A stretch of DNA of 64,000 nt from an uncultured Trueperaceae bacterium (lineage in GTDB: Bacteria; Deinococcota; Deinococci; Deinococcales; Trueperaceae). This document shows positions 1 to 9,886 of the stretch, piece after piece. The notes under the pieces were generated by a model that saw only the letters and a program-made list of their open reading frames with translations, made no database searches and was not told where the DNA came from. The position numbers and the translations under genes are program-made. The stretch is from assembly GCA_963799485.1 (NCBI GenBank), contig CAWCXJ010000006.1, forward strand, positions 96,001-160,000, read 5' to 3'. Every line of letters starts with the position of its first letter. Positions within the stretch are counted from its first letter, which is position 1.

Positions 1-158
1 GCGCCCGTAGCGTCTTTGGCTATCCACGCGCCGCGTAGAATAAGGGGATCGTTGGCAAAATCGACTCTGACATCTGGCTCGGTACATGCGCCGAGCAGCA
101 AGGCGCAGGCAGCCAAAGCCACCCGCGAGCCCGCTGTAGTCAGCTTATTTTTTAGCAC
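1..158 (-). CDS. Lipoprotein, hypothetical (5' part; runs off the window start)
   Basis: Manual translation from GTG 158: MLKNKLTTAGSRVALAACALLLGAC-TEPDVRVDF..., with an LGAC lipobox; overlaps the GH3 stop codon. Confidence 0.65.
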   Translation of the reverse strand, partial: MLKNKLTTAGSRVALAACALLLGACTEPDVRVDFANDPLILRGAWIAKDATG

Positions 159-2610
159 CGACAGGCTCCGTCCATGTTTCGCTCAAAGTGAATGACGCTT
201 TAGCCCGAATATCATCCGACGACGCGCCGACTAAAACCTCAAACTCACCCTTTTCGGCAACCCAGGCGTTTTGCTGGTCGTCGAAATAGGCCAGCGCCCG
301 CATGTTGAGGCTGAAGGTGGCGACTTTGGTTTCTTTGGGTTCCAAAGCTACCTTCACAAAGCCCTTGAGTTCTTTTTTGGGCCGCTCCAAGCTCGCTTCA
401 ACATCCTTCACGTAAAGCTGCAGAGCTTCCTGCCCCGCGCGGTCGCCGCTGTTGGTTACTGGAACGCTGACCTGAAGTGTTTCGCCCGCGCCTAGCTCAT
501 CGGCTGAAAGCGTTACGTCGCCATACTCAAAGGTCGTATACGACAGGCCAAAGCCAAACGGAAAGAGCGGTTTGATACCCTCGTGTTCAAAATGCCGGTA
601 GCCGATAAAGATACCCTCGCGGTAGAAGACCTGACCGTTTTCGCCCGGATAGGTCGAGGCTTGGCCGTCCATCACCGGCGAATCCGAGAGTTTTGCGGGG
701 AACGTTTGCGGCAGCTTGCCCGACGGGTTGACGTTGCCTAACAGCACGTCCGCCGCCGCGTTGCCGCACTCTTGACCGGGATACCAGAGCTGCACGACGG
801 CGGCGACCTCATCCAGCCACGGCATCGTCACCGGAGAGCCGGTTTGCAGCAGCACGACGGTATTGGGGTTGGCAGCCGCAACGCGGGAGACGAGTTCGTT
901 TTGTTCCCCGACCAGCGCCATATCAGCGCGGTCGTTGCCTTCGGTTTCCCACTCGCCGTTGAGTCCGACACAGACAATCGCCACGTCCGAAGCGGCAGCC
1001 AGCTTAGCGGCGCGGTCTAACGCGTCGTCCGGCAGCGGTTTGAATATCCCGGTACGAACGGCTGAAAGACCGAACTCACCGGCAGCTTTGGGGGCGAACT
1101 CGAGCCGCAGCTCATGCTCGCCCGCCTCCAACTGCACCTGTTCCAGTTTTTCCTCGCTCCCCGACCCGAAAAAGGCGTCGCCCTGCGTCCAGCCGTCCCA
1201 GTTGTCTACAACCAGTTCACCGTCTACAAACAACCGGCTCAAGCCTGCACTCACAAGGTCGAACTGATACGCGCCCGCGTCGTCCAGGTGAAGCGTTCCG
1301 CTAAAGCGCGCTGAAAATTCCTGCTCGACACCGTGACCGACCGAATCGAGCCACATCATCTGCGCGTCCGGCACTTGGGTCGTGTAGACCGGTTTACCGG
1401 AAAGCTCGGGGGAATTGAAGTATTCGACCTTCAGCTCACCGGCTAGCTGCTCGCTCAGAAGTGGCAACAGCTTGTGGTTGGTACACCCAAGTTCGTAACC
1501 CAGCTTGGCTTCACCTAGCTGTTCTTTGAGACCGTCAAACGGTGAGACGCGGTAGTGCGCGTTGACCTGCGCGCTGCCGCCGCCCATAATCTGCGCGGTC
1601 TTGGCGTTCGGCCCGATGATAGCGACCTTTTTTACGGTGTCTTTGTCGAGCGGCAACACACCGTTATTTTTAAGCAGCACTGCCCCTTCCGCTCCGGCCC
1701 GCCGGATGAGCGCGCGGTGTTCGGGTCTGTCGTCGGCACGCTCTTCGGGGATGTCGGGGTTTTCAAACGCCCCGACACGCTCAAAAAGTTTGAGGAGACG
1801 TTCACTGCTCCGTTTTACGGCGTCTTCATCGGCAGAACCGTTTTCGACGGCCTCCAAGAGCTTTTCCCCACGATATTTGGCCGGGCCGGGCATCTCGAGG
1901 TCTAACCCTGCGTTGATGGACGGCGCAGTCGAGTGCGTCGCAAACCAGTCGGACATCACCAGCCCGTCGAAGCCCCACTCGTCACGTAAAATCTCGGTCA
2001 AAAAGCGCTTGTTTTCACTTGCGTAGGTGCCGCCGAGCTTGTTGTACGAACACATCACCGCCCATACGCCCGCCCTGACCGCCGCTTCAAACGGCAGCAG
2101 ATAGAGCTCGCGGAGCGCCCGTTCGGGGATTTCCGACGAGATCGTCATCCGCTCGAACTCGGACTCGTTCCCGACGAAGTGCTTGAGGGTCGCGCTGACG
2201 CCCCGGCTCTGCAGACCCTCGATATACGCGACGCCCAAGCACGCCGTTAAAAACGGGTCTTCGGAGTAGCACTCGAAGTTGCGTCCGTTAAGCGCGCCCC
2301 GGTGCAGGTTGACCGTCGGCGCGAGTAGCACCCTAGCCCCTTTGGAGAGCGTTTCCTCCGCCAACGCCTGCCCAACCTCTTCGACGAGCGCCGTGTTCCA
2401 CGTTGCGGCGAGCGCAATTCCGGCGGGAAAACACGCCGCGCTTACGCCCCCGACGAGCGCCCCGCCACCCCTTGCCCCATTCGGCCCGTCCGAAACCTTG
2501 ACTGCCGGAACGCCCGCGCGTTCTACCGGAACCGTAATCCAAAATGAATCTCCCGCTAAAAGTGCAACCTGCTCTTCCAAGCTGAGCGCCTCTGCTGCTG
2601 CTCTGTCCAT
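145..2610 (-). CDS. GH3 beta-glucosidase with PA14 insert and Fn3-like C-terminal domain
   Basis: Motifs SDGPNG, GRNFECYSEDP, KHF, MSDW (nucleophile) and YREGIFIGYR. Start placed at ATG 2610 after AGAAAGGGG, not at the ORF-track start 2871. Confidence 0.93.
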   Translation of the reverse strand: MDRAAAEALSLEEQVALLAGDSFWITVPVERAGVPAVKVSDGPNGARGGGALVGGVSAACFPAGIALAATWNTALVEEVGQALAEETLSKGARVLLAPTVNLHRGALNGRNFECYSEDPFLTACLGVAYIEGLQSRGVSATLKHFVGNESEFERMTISSEIPERALRELYLLPFEAAVRAGVWAVMCSYNKLGGTYASENKRFLTEILRDEWGFDGLVMSDWFATHSTAPSINAGLDLEMPGPAKYRGEKLLEAVENGSADEDAVKRSSERLLKLFERVGAFENPDIPEERADDRPEHRALIRRAGAEGAVLLKNNGVLPLDKDTVKKVAIIGPNAKTAQIMGGGSAQVNAHYRVSPFDGLKEQLGEAKLGYELGCTNHKLLPLLSEQLAGELKVEYFNSPELSGKPVYTTQVPDAQMMWLDSVGHGVEQEFSARFSGTLHLDDAGAYQFDLVSAGLSRLFVDGELVVDNWDGWTQGDAFFGSGSEEKLEQVQLEAGEHELRLEFAPKAAGEFGLSAVRTGIFKPLPDDALDRAAKLAAASDVAIVCVGLNGEWETEGNDRADMALVGEQNELVSRVAAANPNTVVLLQTGSPVTMPWLDEVAAVVQLWYPGQECGNAAADVLLGNVNPSGKLPQTFPAKLSDSPVMDGQASTYPGENGQVFYREGIFIGYRHFEHEGIKPLFPFGFGLSYTTFEYGDVTLSADELGAGETLQVSVPVTNSGDRAGQEALQLYVKDVEASLERPKKELKGFVKVALEPKETKVATFSLNMRALAYFDDQQNAWVAEKGEFEVLVGASSDDIRAKASFTLSETWTEPVGAKK

Positions 2611-2852
2611 GTAATACCCCTTTCTGAGCTGTGCTGAGATTATACGGGGTAGAGCGGCGAGAAGGGCAGCAGGCGATAGCTTTGGGCGGGGCTCGAGCAA
2701 AAGCGCAACTACACTACGAGGTTGAACAGCAAATATTTTACTCACCTTACGCGGCGGCCTTGAACTGCAACCATCTAAGTTCACTAAAGGAGGCCTGTAA
2801 AGCTTTGAGATAAACAGCACTTCCAAAAGCAGCTGAACCAAAGTAAGCCACC

Positions 2853-3857
2853 ATGATGAAGGGCTATTCACTAGATTTACGAAGGTGGATTGTTACAGCT
2901 GTAGCAGCTGGGCAGAGCAAGACAGCTGTAAGTGAACGCTTTGGGGTAAGTCACTCTACGGTTAAACGTTATGTTAAACGGCAAGAGCAACGACGACCTG
3001 CGCCGAGCTAACGCCCTGGGCGGCGACGCCTGCTTGATAAAGCTTGTGAAGGGTTGCGGCAACGAGTCAAGACACATCAGAACTGGACGCCCGAGCAACA
3101 TGCTGAAGCGTTGACTGAAGAGACAGGTATCCCAATCAAGAAATCGTCGATAGGTAACTACCCAAAACGGCTGGGATCACGCGTAAGTTAAGTCCAAAGG
3201 CCCCCGGACTTATCCTCAAAAGAGCTTCATTGCCACAGAACGAGACGAAGGAACACGCGAAAGCTACCTCACCGAGGTAGTCGAAAAAGCTACCAGGACG
3301 CTGGTGTTTATAGACGAAACGAGCGCCTATGTTGTACTAGGCCCACTAGGGCCGGGCTCGTTCCCGTACTAGGACAGAGCCGCGAGTACGGCTGGGCAGC
3401 AAGCTGTGAGCGTGTTTGCAATACAAAAGCTAAAGGCCAGAAAGAACGGGTCAGCCTTATTGCTGCGACCAGCTTAGATGGTTCGGTGGCGGAGCAAGCT
3501 TTAGTTGTCTTAGACACGGTGAACAAAAACGCTTTCCTGAGCTTTCTCGAGTCCTTCCTACTCCCGACCCTTGCCGAGGGTAGCATTTTAGACTTGGACA
3601 ACTGGAGCGTGCATCATGGTGAGGAAGTCAGAGAGCTGGTCGAAACGTATGGCTGTGAGCTACGCTACCTCCCTACTTACTCGCCCGACCTAAATCTTAC
3701 CGAACACCTATTTGCCAAGCTCAAAGCCTTCATCAAAAGCCTGCGGCCTGAAACTGCTGAAAAACTCGCTGAAGCCTTTTGCAACGCCGTCAAAACGGTT
3801 ACACCTGAAAACGTCCTCAACTCATTCCAGCACTGCGGCTATGAAGCGGATCAGTAA
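2853..3857 (+). pseudogene. IS630-family transposase, degraded
   Basis: MMKGYSLDLRRWIV HTH N-terminus; in-frame TAA near 3009; frameshift near 3175; LVFIDET, LDNW and LPTYSPDLNLTE DDE motifs; two short hairpin inserts at 3187-3217 and 3331-3373. Confidence 0.9.
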
Positions 3858-3991
3858 ATCGTGGAGGTGCCAAAGCTAAAGAATTGGGGTGAGTATCGAT
3901 ACAACCGTGCGGTTGTAACGAAACTACCAACCGAAACCCCGAAAGCAAGCTGGGCCGCAGCCAAACCGGGCAAAATCTGCAAAAATAAGAC

Positions 3992-4216
3992 ATGAGCGAT
4001 CTTAAGCACACATCCGAAGATGTCCGTCAGATGATACGAGAAATTGAAAATACGCACGCCGACGTGATTCAGATGAGCACCGCCGAAATTGCCTGAAACA
4101 AAGATGTCGTCTACCAGCACGTCCGCTGTACCCGCTTTATCGAGATGGTCGATAGCTTGAGCTGGGTGTTGAGCGAAACGACCGACAAATCGAAGTATCC
4201 GTGTATGGAGGGTTAG
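3992..4216 (+). pseudogene. Possible small hypothetical gene with an internal TGA
   Basis: MSDLKHTSEDVRQMIREIENTHADVIQMSTAEIA*NKDVVYQHVRCTRFIEMVDSLSWVLSE...; protein-like on both sides of the stop at 4094-4096; no family recognised. Confidence 0.25.
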
Positions 4217-4390
4217 TCCGAGGCGTTGGCGAAAGCCGGAATCCCGCCGTGGGCCGAGAATGAACCCGCCTAAACAGCTTGTTGTAAGACGCTGAGACAA
4301 AAGTCAGGGCAAGCTCGAGCAAGAAGCTTGTATTTAGTCCATTCCTAACCCGCACCGACACCAAAAATTCTCCTAAAGAAGGGGCCAACG

Positions 4391-4627
4391 ATGTCGCAAC
4401 ATGAAGACTACACCGCCGACCAGATGGACGCGATCTGGGTCGCGTATCAAACTCAGGGGCGCGCGCTCTGCCCCTACTGTGACAACATTTTAGCGCTCAA
4501 GCTCGAGAGTGACCCGGCAGAAAACGGGGGGCACGACCCGCTTATCTCAGTTGACTGTACCGGTTGTGGGCGGCACGGGACCAACGATCCTGCCAAGCGC
4601 AACCACTCCGAGCAAGACCCGGTTTGA
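4391..4627 (+). CDS. Small zinc-ribbon protein (78 aa)
   Basis: CPYC ... CTGC knuckles; RBS-like AAGAAGGGG upstream of the ATG. Confidence 0.7.
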   Translation: MSQHEDYTADQMDAIWVAYQTQGRALCPYCDNILALKLESDPAENGGHDPLISVDCTGCGRHGTNDPAKRNHSEQDPV

Positions 4628-4747
4628 TTTTTTGTCGACCTACCAAGCGAAAGGCGTAGGATAAGCGGGCTCCAGCTTGTCATTGCGTATGTGAGTAGGT
4701 CGGCCTTTGGATATTAAAGTATTTCCGCCCCTAGTACGTGGACATCC

Positions 4748-4906
4748 AGCTTTGGCCTAGCTGCCATCTTGGTAGTTTGCGCGGCAGCCTGTTGTGACTG
4801 GCGTAGACTGCCTTTGTAGGCACGTAGGCACAACCCGTGTAACTTGGCGCGTTATTTTGGCGTGCTTTTCGCTGTAATAGGCGCCGTTATCTTGAAAGCG
4901 AGCTAA
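4748..4906 (+). pseudogene. Remnant of a small membrane transporter (SMR/DMT-like)
   Basis: Broken hydrophobic frames GLAAILVV... and ...FGVLFAVIGAVILKAS*. Confidence 0.25.
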
Positions 4907-5012
4907 AACCACATTTTACCTATGTTGCAGCAGTTTCCAGCTTGGCTTGTACCGTTTTGAATGCATCCATGAGGTCACACCTTACGCACCTTACGGTTTG
5001 ATACTATGATGT

Positions 5013-5720
5013 GTGCGTGCTGTATTATGTTGTCTTTTGTTTCTACTTGTCTCCGGCGTTTCAGCCGAGCGCTGGACGATTCAGGTGTTCGCCTACGGGC
5101 AGGGTTCGCGCGCCGAACAAATTGCCGAGCAGCTGCGCGGGGTCGGTTACGACGCTTACACGGACGCCGCGCCGGGGGGGACGCTCGAGCAGGTCAGGAT
5201 CGGCTGTTTCGGTGCGCAGGCCGACGCCGGCGCTTTGCTGCAAGATGTGCGGCAGCGGGTGGCACTCGACGCGCTCGTCGTGCCCCTCTCAGAAGACGCC
5301 GAGCCGACGGTTTGCATAGAGCGCGAGCTGGGGTTTATTCCGCCTGAAAACTGGGGGCTCGAGTCGAGCAGCCGGCGTCAAGTAACCTTCTGGTTGGAGG
5401 TCGGTTCAGACAGTGGGCGGCGCAGCATTACCTTCGACGGTGAACGCTGGATGCTAGGGCAGGCCGAAGGTGACCGTTCAGACGTGACGCCCAATGACCT
5501 CGACTGGTTGGACGTGCCGGTCGAGTTATCTGTAGCCCCGCCGTCCGGCCTCGCGGCAACGTTTCGTGCGACCCGGAGCCGGGGCTTGCCCCTTATCCGC
5601 GCCGACCTCGGCGGCGGGTCGCTGCTCGTCACCGCCGGAGAGCTGCTCTGGCGTTCGGCGCGGGCCGCTGTCGTGCAGCAAGGCGCAGATGTCTTTGCGC
5701 TCAGGCTCTACAGGCCGTAA
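5013..5720 (+). CDS. Secreted SPOR-domain protein
   Basis: Signal peptide, then WTIQVFAY...AEQLRGVGYDAY...VRIGCF SPOR pattern. Confidence 0.75.
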   Translation: MRAVLCCLLFLLVSGVSAERWTIQVFAYGQGSRAEQIAEQLRGVGYDAYTDAAPGGTLEQVRIGCFGAQADAGALLQDVRQRVALDALVVPLSEDAEPTVCIERELGFIPPENWGLESSSRRQVTFWLEVGSDSGRRSITFDGERWMLGQAEGDRSDVTPNDLDWLDVPVELSVAPPSGLAATFRATRSRGLPLIRADLGGGSLLVTAGELLWRSARAAVVQQGADVFALRLYRP

Positions 5721-5729
5721 GGTATAAGG

Positions 5730-6587
5730 GTGAGATTCGTCGTCTTATCGGGGCTTTCGGGGGCGGGCCGCACAACTGCGCTGGCCGCCCTTGAAGACCT
5801 CGGCTACTTTACCGCCGACAACGTGCCGCCCGCCCTGTGGGACGAGCTGGTCTCTCAGGCCGGCCCGGTACAACCACGGGTCGCTGTCGGCGTCGGGGTC
5901 CGCACGGCGGCTTTTTTACCCAAGCTCAGCGAGGCGCTGGGCTCGTTACGTTCACGCGATATTCATCCTGAAGTCGTCTTTTTAGACGCGTCCGACGAAG
6001 TGCTCGTCAAGCGTTACAACTTCACCCGCCGTACCCACCCGCTCGGTTACGCGCCGCTGCAACAAGATATCGCCCGTGAGCGCGTGGTGTTGGGTGACCT
6101 CAGGGCCGTTGCCGACACCGTACTCGATACCTCTAGCCTCTCGGCTCGAGAGCTAACTGAAGAACTTCGCCTGCGCTTCGGCGATGAGCGCAAGTTTCGC
6201 CTCAGGCTCTCATCGTTCGGGTTTAAGCGGGGCGTTCCAATCGACGCCGACAACGTGTTCGACCTGCGCTCATTGCCGAACCCCTACTACGACCCGGCCC
6301 TGCGTCACAAAAGCGGCAAAGACCCGGAGGTCGCCGCTTACGTTTTTACCGCCGAGGGATTGGCTTTTTACACCGAACTGCGCGAGTTCGTCAGGCTGCT
6401 GGCGACCCGCGCGCTGGTGACGGGGCGCTCGAGCTACACCGTCGCCGTCGGGTGTACAGGCGGTCAGCACCGCTCGGTCGCCTTTGCCGAACGCCTCAAG
6501 CATGACCTCGCCGACGTTTTTGCCACCTACGCCGAACACCGCGACCTGGCGCTGGCCCTAGCCGAACACGGGGTCGCGCGTGGCTAG
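5730..6587 (+). CDS. rapZ: RNase adapter RapZ/YvcJ P-loop protein
   Basis: SGLSGAGRT, DNVP, RRTHPL, SFGFKRG, DLRSLPNPY and GCTGGQHRSV motifs; precedes yvcK. Confidence 0.95.
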   Translation: MRFVVLSGLSGAGRTTALAALEDLGYFTADNVPPALWDELVSQAGPVQPRVAVGVGVRTAAFLPKLSEALGSLRSRDIHPEVVFLDASDEVLVKRYNFTRRTHPLGYAPLQQDIARERVVLGDLRAVADTVLDTSSLSARELTEELRLRFGDERKFRLRLSSFGFKRGVPIDADNVFDLRSLPNPYYDPALRHKSGKDPEVAAYVFTAEGLAFYTELREFVRLLATRALVTGRSSYTVAVGCTGGQHRSVAFAERLKHDLADVFATYAEHRDLALALAEHGVARG

Positions 6588-7932
6588 GCCGCTCAGTCCC
6601 GGAGAGCTTTCCCGCACACCGGAGAGGCGGTGGGGGCGTCTTGGCAACCTCCGCTACTGGCTGATGCCGGGGATGGGCGTCAAACGGCACATCGCCGTCA
6701 TCGGCGCGGGCGTCGGCGTGCTGCTTGTCGGGGTGCTGCTGGGCGCGTTCTGGCTTTGGGGCAACGGCTACCTGCTGAGCCCGCTCGGGCGCGCTAGCGA
6801 CAGTTTGGGGTGGCGACGTTGGGGCGGCCTGTTGGCACTTTTTCTGCTCATCGGCGGCAGCACACTGGCGATAGTGGCGGTAGGCCGCCTTAACCGCTCG
6901 CTCTTGTCTAACTGGATGCCCAAACCGCGTGACGCCGCCGTACTCTTGCACCGCCGCGTGTCGCTCGCCAAAGGGCCGCGCGTGGTGGCGTTCGGTGGCG
7001 GCACCGGACTTTCCAACCTTTTACGGGGGCTACGGCACTACACCTCGAACATTACGGCGGTGGTGTCGGTCAGCGACGACGGCGGCTCTTCGGGGCGGCT
7101 CCGGGAAGCCTACGGGATTCCGGCACCGGGCGACCTGACCGACTGTCTGGCGGCGCTCTCGGACAACGAACTTCACGTGTCGCAACTGCTCGAGTACCGC
7201 TACGCGCGCGGCGGTGAGCTTAAAGGCCACACCTTCGGCAACCTTTTGATCACTACCCTGACCGAGGTCGAAGGCGACTTTGCGCGGGCGGTGCGCGTCT
7301 TGAATTCGCTCCTGAATATCTGCGGCGCGGTCTACCCGGTTACGACCGAACCGACGACGCTCAAGGTGCTTAAACGCTCCGGCGAGACCGTATTGGGTGA
7401 GAGCAATGTTCGCAGCACGCCCGGAGCTGTAGCGCGGGTGGCGCTCGAGCCCCCAGGCCCCACGCTTGTTCCCGACGTCGGCTTGGCCCTCGCCGCCGCC
7501 GACGTGATCGTCTTGGGGCCGGGCAGTTTGTTTACCAGTACGCTCCCGCCGCTTTTGGTACCGGGCAGCCGCGAGGCTATCTTGGCGTCGCGGGCGTCGC
7601 TCGTTTATGTTTGCAACGTAATGACCGAGGCCGGCGAGACAGACGGTTTTAGCGCCTGGGAACACGTCGAGGCGCTCTACGCACATCTGGGGCGTTATCC
7701 CGACTGGGTGGTCATCAATACCGGTGAGGTCAACGCCGAACGTCTGCAGCGCTACCACGCCGAGGGTGCCGAGGTCGTCGTGTACGACCCGGCGCCTTTT
7801 AGGGCGGCGGATATCGAGGTAGCGACGCTCAACCTCTTAAGTGGCGGCCTCCAGGCCGGGCACGATTCGCAGCGGCTCGCCCGCTGGCTTTACGCGTTTT
7901 GCAAACAGGTGAGGACGAACGCGGGTGCTTGA
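6580..7932 (+). CDS. yvcK: YvcK/GlmR (UPF0052) gluconeogenesis and cell-wall factor with N-terminal TM segments
   Basis: GGGTGLS, DDGGSSGRLR, PGD, GHTFGN and GPGSLFTS motifs. Confidence 0.92.
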   Translation: MARPLSPGELSRTPERRWGRLGNLRYWLMPGMGVKRHIAVIGAGVGVLLVGVLLGAFWLWGNGYLLSPLGRASDSLGWRRWGGLLALFLLIGGSTLAIVAVGRLNRSLLSNWMPKPRDAAVLLHRRVSLAKGPRVVAFGGGTGLSNLLRGLRHYTSNITAVVSVSDDGGSSGRLREAYGIPAPGDLTDCLAALSDNELHVSQLLEYRYARGGELKGHTFGNLLITTLTEVEGDFARAVRVLNSLLNICGAVYPVTTEPTTLKVLKRSGETVLGESNVRSTPGAVARVALEPPGPTLVPDVGLALAAADVIVLGPGSLFTSTLPPLLVPGSREAILASRASLVYVCNVMTEAGETDGFSAWEHVEALYAHLGRYPDWVVINTGEVNAERLQRYHAEGAEVVVYDPAPFRAADIEVATLNLLSGGLQAGHDSQRLARWLYAFCKQVRTNAGA

Positions 7933-8818
7933 ACTTCTCGTCGCCGCCCTCTTGAGCGTCACCGACCCTGCCGGGGATGTAGGAACCAACCTTACCGCGC
8001 CGACAGCCACGATCTTCCGGCAAGGGGACGCGTTCGATATCCGCAGCGTAACGGTGTACGACGCGCCGACGCTGGGTTTTAGCATCGGTCTGGAGAGCCC
8101 GGCGCGTTTCCCGGGAGCGCTGCTCGAGCTTTATCTGGGCGGCCCGGCCTCCTCAACCGCCGGCACAGAATTACTCGCGGGCTCGGCGCTCCGGCTTCCT
8201 GAGGGCGCGTCGTGGCGCTACGCATTTCGCATCGCCGGGAATGACGTCAAGGTGTTTGAACAGCAGGGCGGTCGCCCCGTCGACATTACCGAGGCGAGTG
8301 GCGCGCAGCTCGGCGTCTCCGGCAACATGCTAAACGTCCGGACGATTCTGCCTGTGCCGGAACCCTTGAGCGTTTACGGCATGTCCGGTTCGTTCGATCC
8401 TTTTAGCCCCAGCGGTTGGCGAGAGGTTCGCGCGAAGCCGTCGCCGTGGGGTTTTTCAGGCCGTGCGGCGTCGCCTGTGCTCGATGTTTTAGCCGACACT
8501 CCCGAAGTGCAAGCGCGCGCCCTCGAGCAAGGCGTCTTGCCCGAAGTCCGCGCGTCGGTAAGTAAACCCGGGTGGTTGGCACTTGCCGGGGCCGGCGTCG
8601 TCGTCGCCTGTGCCGGGTTGTTTTTCCGCCTGAGCTCGGGGCGCCGAGTAGAGGTTCCGCCTGCGCTTCACCTAGCGCCCTTTACCGACAAAGACAGGCG
8701 GCGGCGCGCGCGTGTACTCCGCGACCTAAGCCGCGTGCAGGGCAAGCTTGTTTTGGCGAAAGAACCACCCAAAACCGACGCTGAACCTAAACCACCCCCT
8801 GAGCCCGTTCTCAACTAA
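7925..8818 (+). CDS. Hypothetical exported protein (glucodextranase C-terminal/DOMON-like) with a C-terminal TM helix
   Basis: Short signal, then DPAGD...PT...FDIRSV; late TM helix; overlaps the yvcK stop. Confidence 0.55.
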   Translation: MLELLVAALLSVTDPAGDVGTNLTAPTATIFRQGDAFDIRSVTVYDAPTLGFSIGLESPARFPGALLELYLGGPASSTAGTELLAGSALRLPEGASWRYAFRIAGNDVKVFEQQGGRPVDITEASGAQLGVSGNMLNVRTILPVPEPLSVYGMSGSFDPFSPSGWREVRAKPSPWGFSGRAASPVLDVLADTPEVQARALEQGVLPEVRASVSKPGWLALAGAGVVVACAGLFFRLSSGRRVEVPPALHLAPFTDKDRRRRARVLRDLSRVQGKLVLAKEPPKTDAEPKPPPEPVLN

Positions 8819-8832
8819 GCGCGTACTTCTCT

Positions 8833-8877
8833 TTGCGGGGCTGCTCCTTGCGGGGCTGCTCCTTGCGGGGCTGCTAC
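8833..8877. repeat. 15-bp tandem repeat x3 (TTGCGGGGCTGCTCC)
   Basis: Read directly; third copy has one mismatch; lies between convergent genes. Confidence 0.9.
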
Positions 8878-8956
8878 CGTGTCTTTACGGCAGGTGCTCC
8901 GGTTGAGCCGGTACCAGCGGTAACCGGGCCCCGCAGGGTTTGCTAGACCTCGTTTA

Positions 8957-9811
8957 CTAGACCTCATCGCGCCACGAGTGTTCCGGTTCGTACCCCAGCA
9001 CGCGGCGCGCTTTGTCGATAGACAAAAGCGTTTCGTTCGGCTCGACCTCGCGTTTTAGCGGTACCTCCGGAAAAATCTCGGCAAGCAGCTCCGCGTTGGG
9101 CCGGGTCATCACGGTGTCGGCGTTGGCGATGATAAAGACGTCGGCTCCTGTGCCTGCGTACTCGAGCGCGCGCCGCACTGCCTGCGCGCCGTCTCTGGCG
9201 TCGATGTAGCCCCACAAATTCCATTTACGGGTGGTCGCGTCGGCGTCGAAGCTCGGAAACTCGGCGTAATCTTCGGGGTTCATCACGTTGGAAAAGCGCA
9301 AACCGATAATTTTCAGCGCGGGTTCCCAGCGGCAGAACTGCTCTGCCATCGCCTCGCCGAGCGCTTTGGAAAGCGAATACGACGATTCGGGGCGTGCCGG
9401 GTAGTCTTCGTCGAGCGGAATATAGGGTGGCGGTTCGTCAAAGGGGAGACCGAGGAGGGTTTCCGAAGAGGCCCAGACGACATTGTTGATACCCAAAATG
9501 CGCGCGGCGGCAAAAACGTTGTAGGTACCGATCAGGTTGTTCTTAAACAGTGCGGCGTTGGTGACCAGACCCGGAGCCGGAAACGCTGCGAGGTGAACTA
9601 CGGCGTCTACTTTCGGATAGCGGTCGTCCGAGCCGGCAAAGGCGTCTAGCGTTGCGCCGAAATCGGCGAAATCGGTTTGGGTAAAGGGGCAGAGTTGCGG
9701 TTCGGGCGCGTTTACGTCTAGGTTAACGACGGTATAACCGTGCGCCAGCAAGTCCTTGATACAGGCGCGGCCCAGTTTGCCGCTGCCACCGGTTACGGCA
9801 ACTGTAGTCAT
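8957..9811 (-). CDS. NAD-dependent epimerase/dehydratase (extended SDR)
   Basis: TGGSGKLG, HLAA, ASS and YSLSK motifs. Confidence 0.92.
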   Translation of the reverse strand: MTTVAVTGGSGKLGRACIKDLLAHGYTVVNLDVNAPEPQLCPFTQTDFADFGATLDAFAGSDDRYPKVDAVVHLAAFPAPGLVTNAALFKNNLIGTYNVFAAARILGINNVVWASSETLLGLPFDEPPPYIPLDEDYPARPESSYSLSKALGEAMAEQFCRWEPALKIIGLRFSNVMNPEDYAEFPSFDADATTRKWNLWGYIDARDGAQAVRRALEYAGTGADVFIIANADTVMTRPNAELLAEIFPEVPLKREVEPNETLLSIDKARRVLGYEPEHSWRDEV

Positions 9812-9886
9812 GAGCTAGTTTACCCTGCGCCGCACACGAGATAGCCAAATACAAAGTATCCGCCTGGCTCCAGGTCGCGCGCCGGG

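Noticed and set aside
2611..2871. 87-aa N-terminal extension of the GH3 ORF
   Set aside because: Family similarity and an RBS start at ATG 2610; the extension runs into the IS630 remnant.
2811..3877. Terminal inverted repeats of the IS630 (GCACTTCCA vs TGGAGGTGC)
   Set aside because: Only 8 of 9 bases match and the outer ends and TA duplication cannot be placed.
3851..4300. 149-aa minus-strand ORF
   Set aside because: No motif or start signal; looks like the antisense of a broken plus-strand frame.
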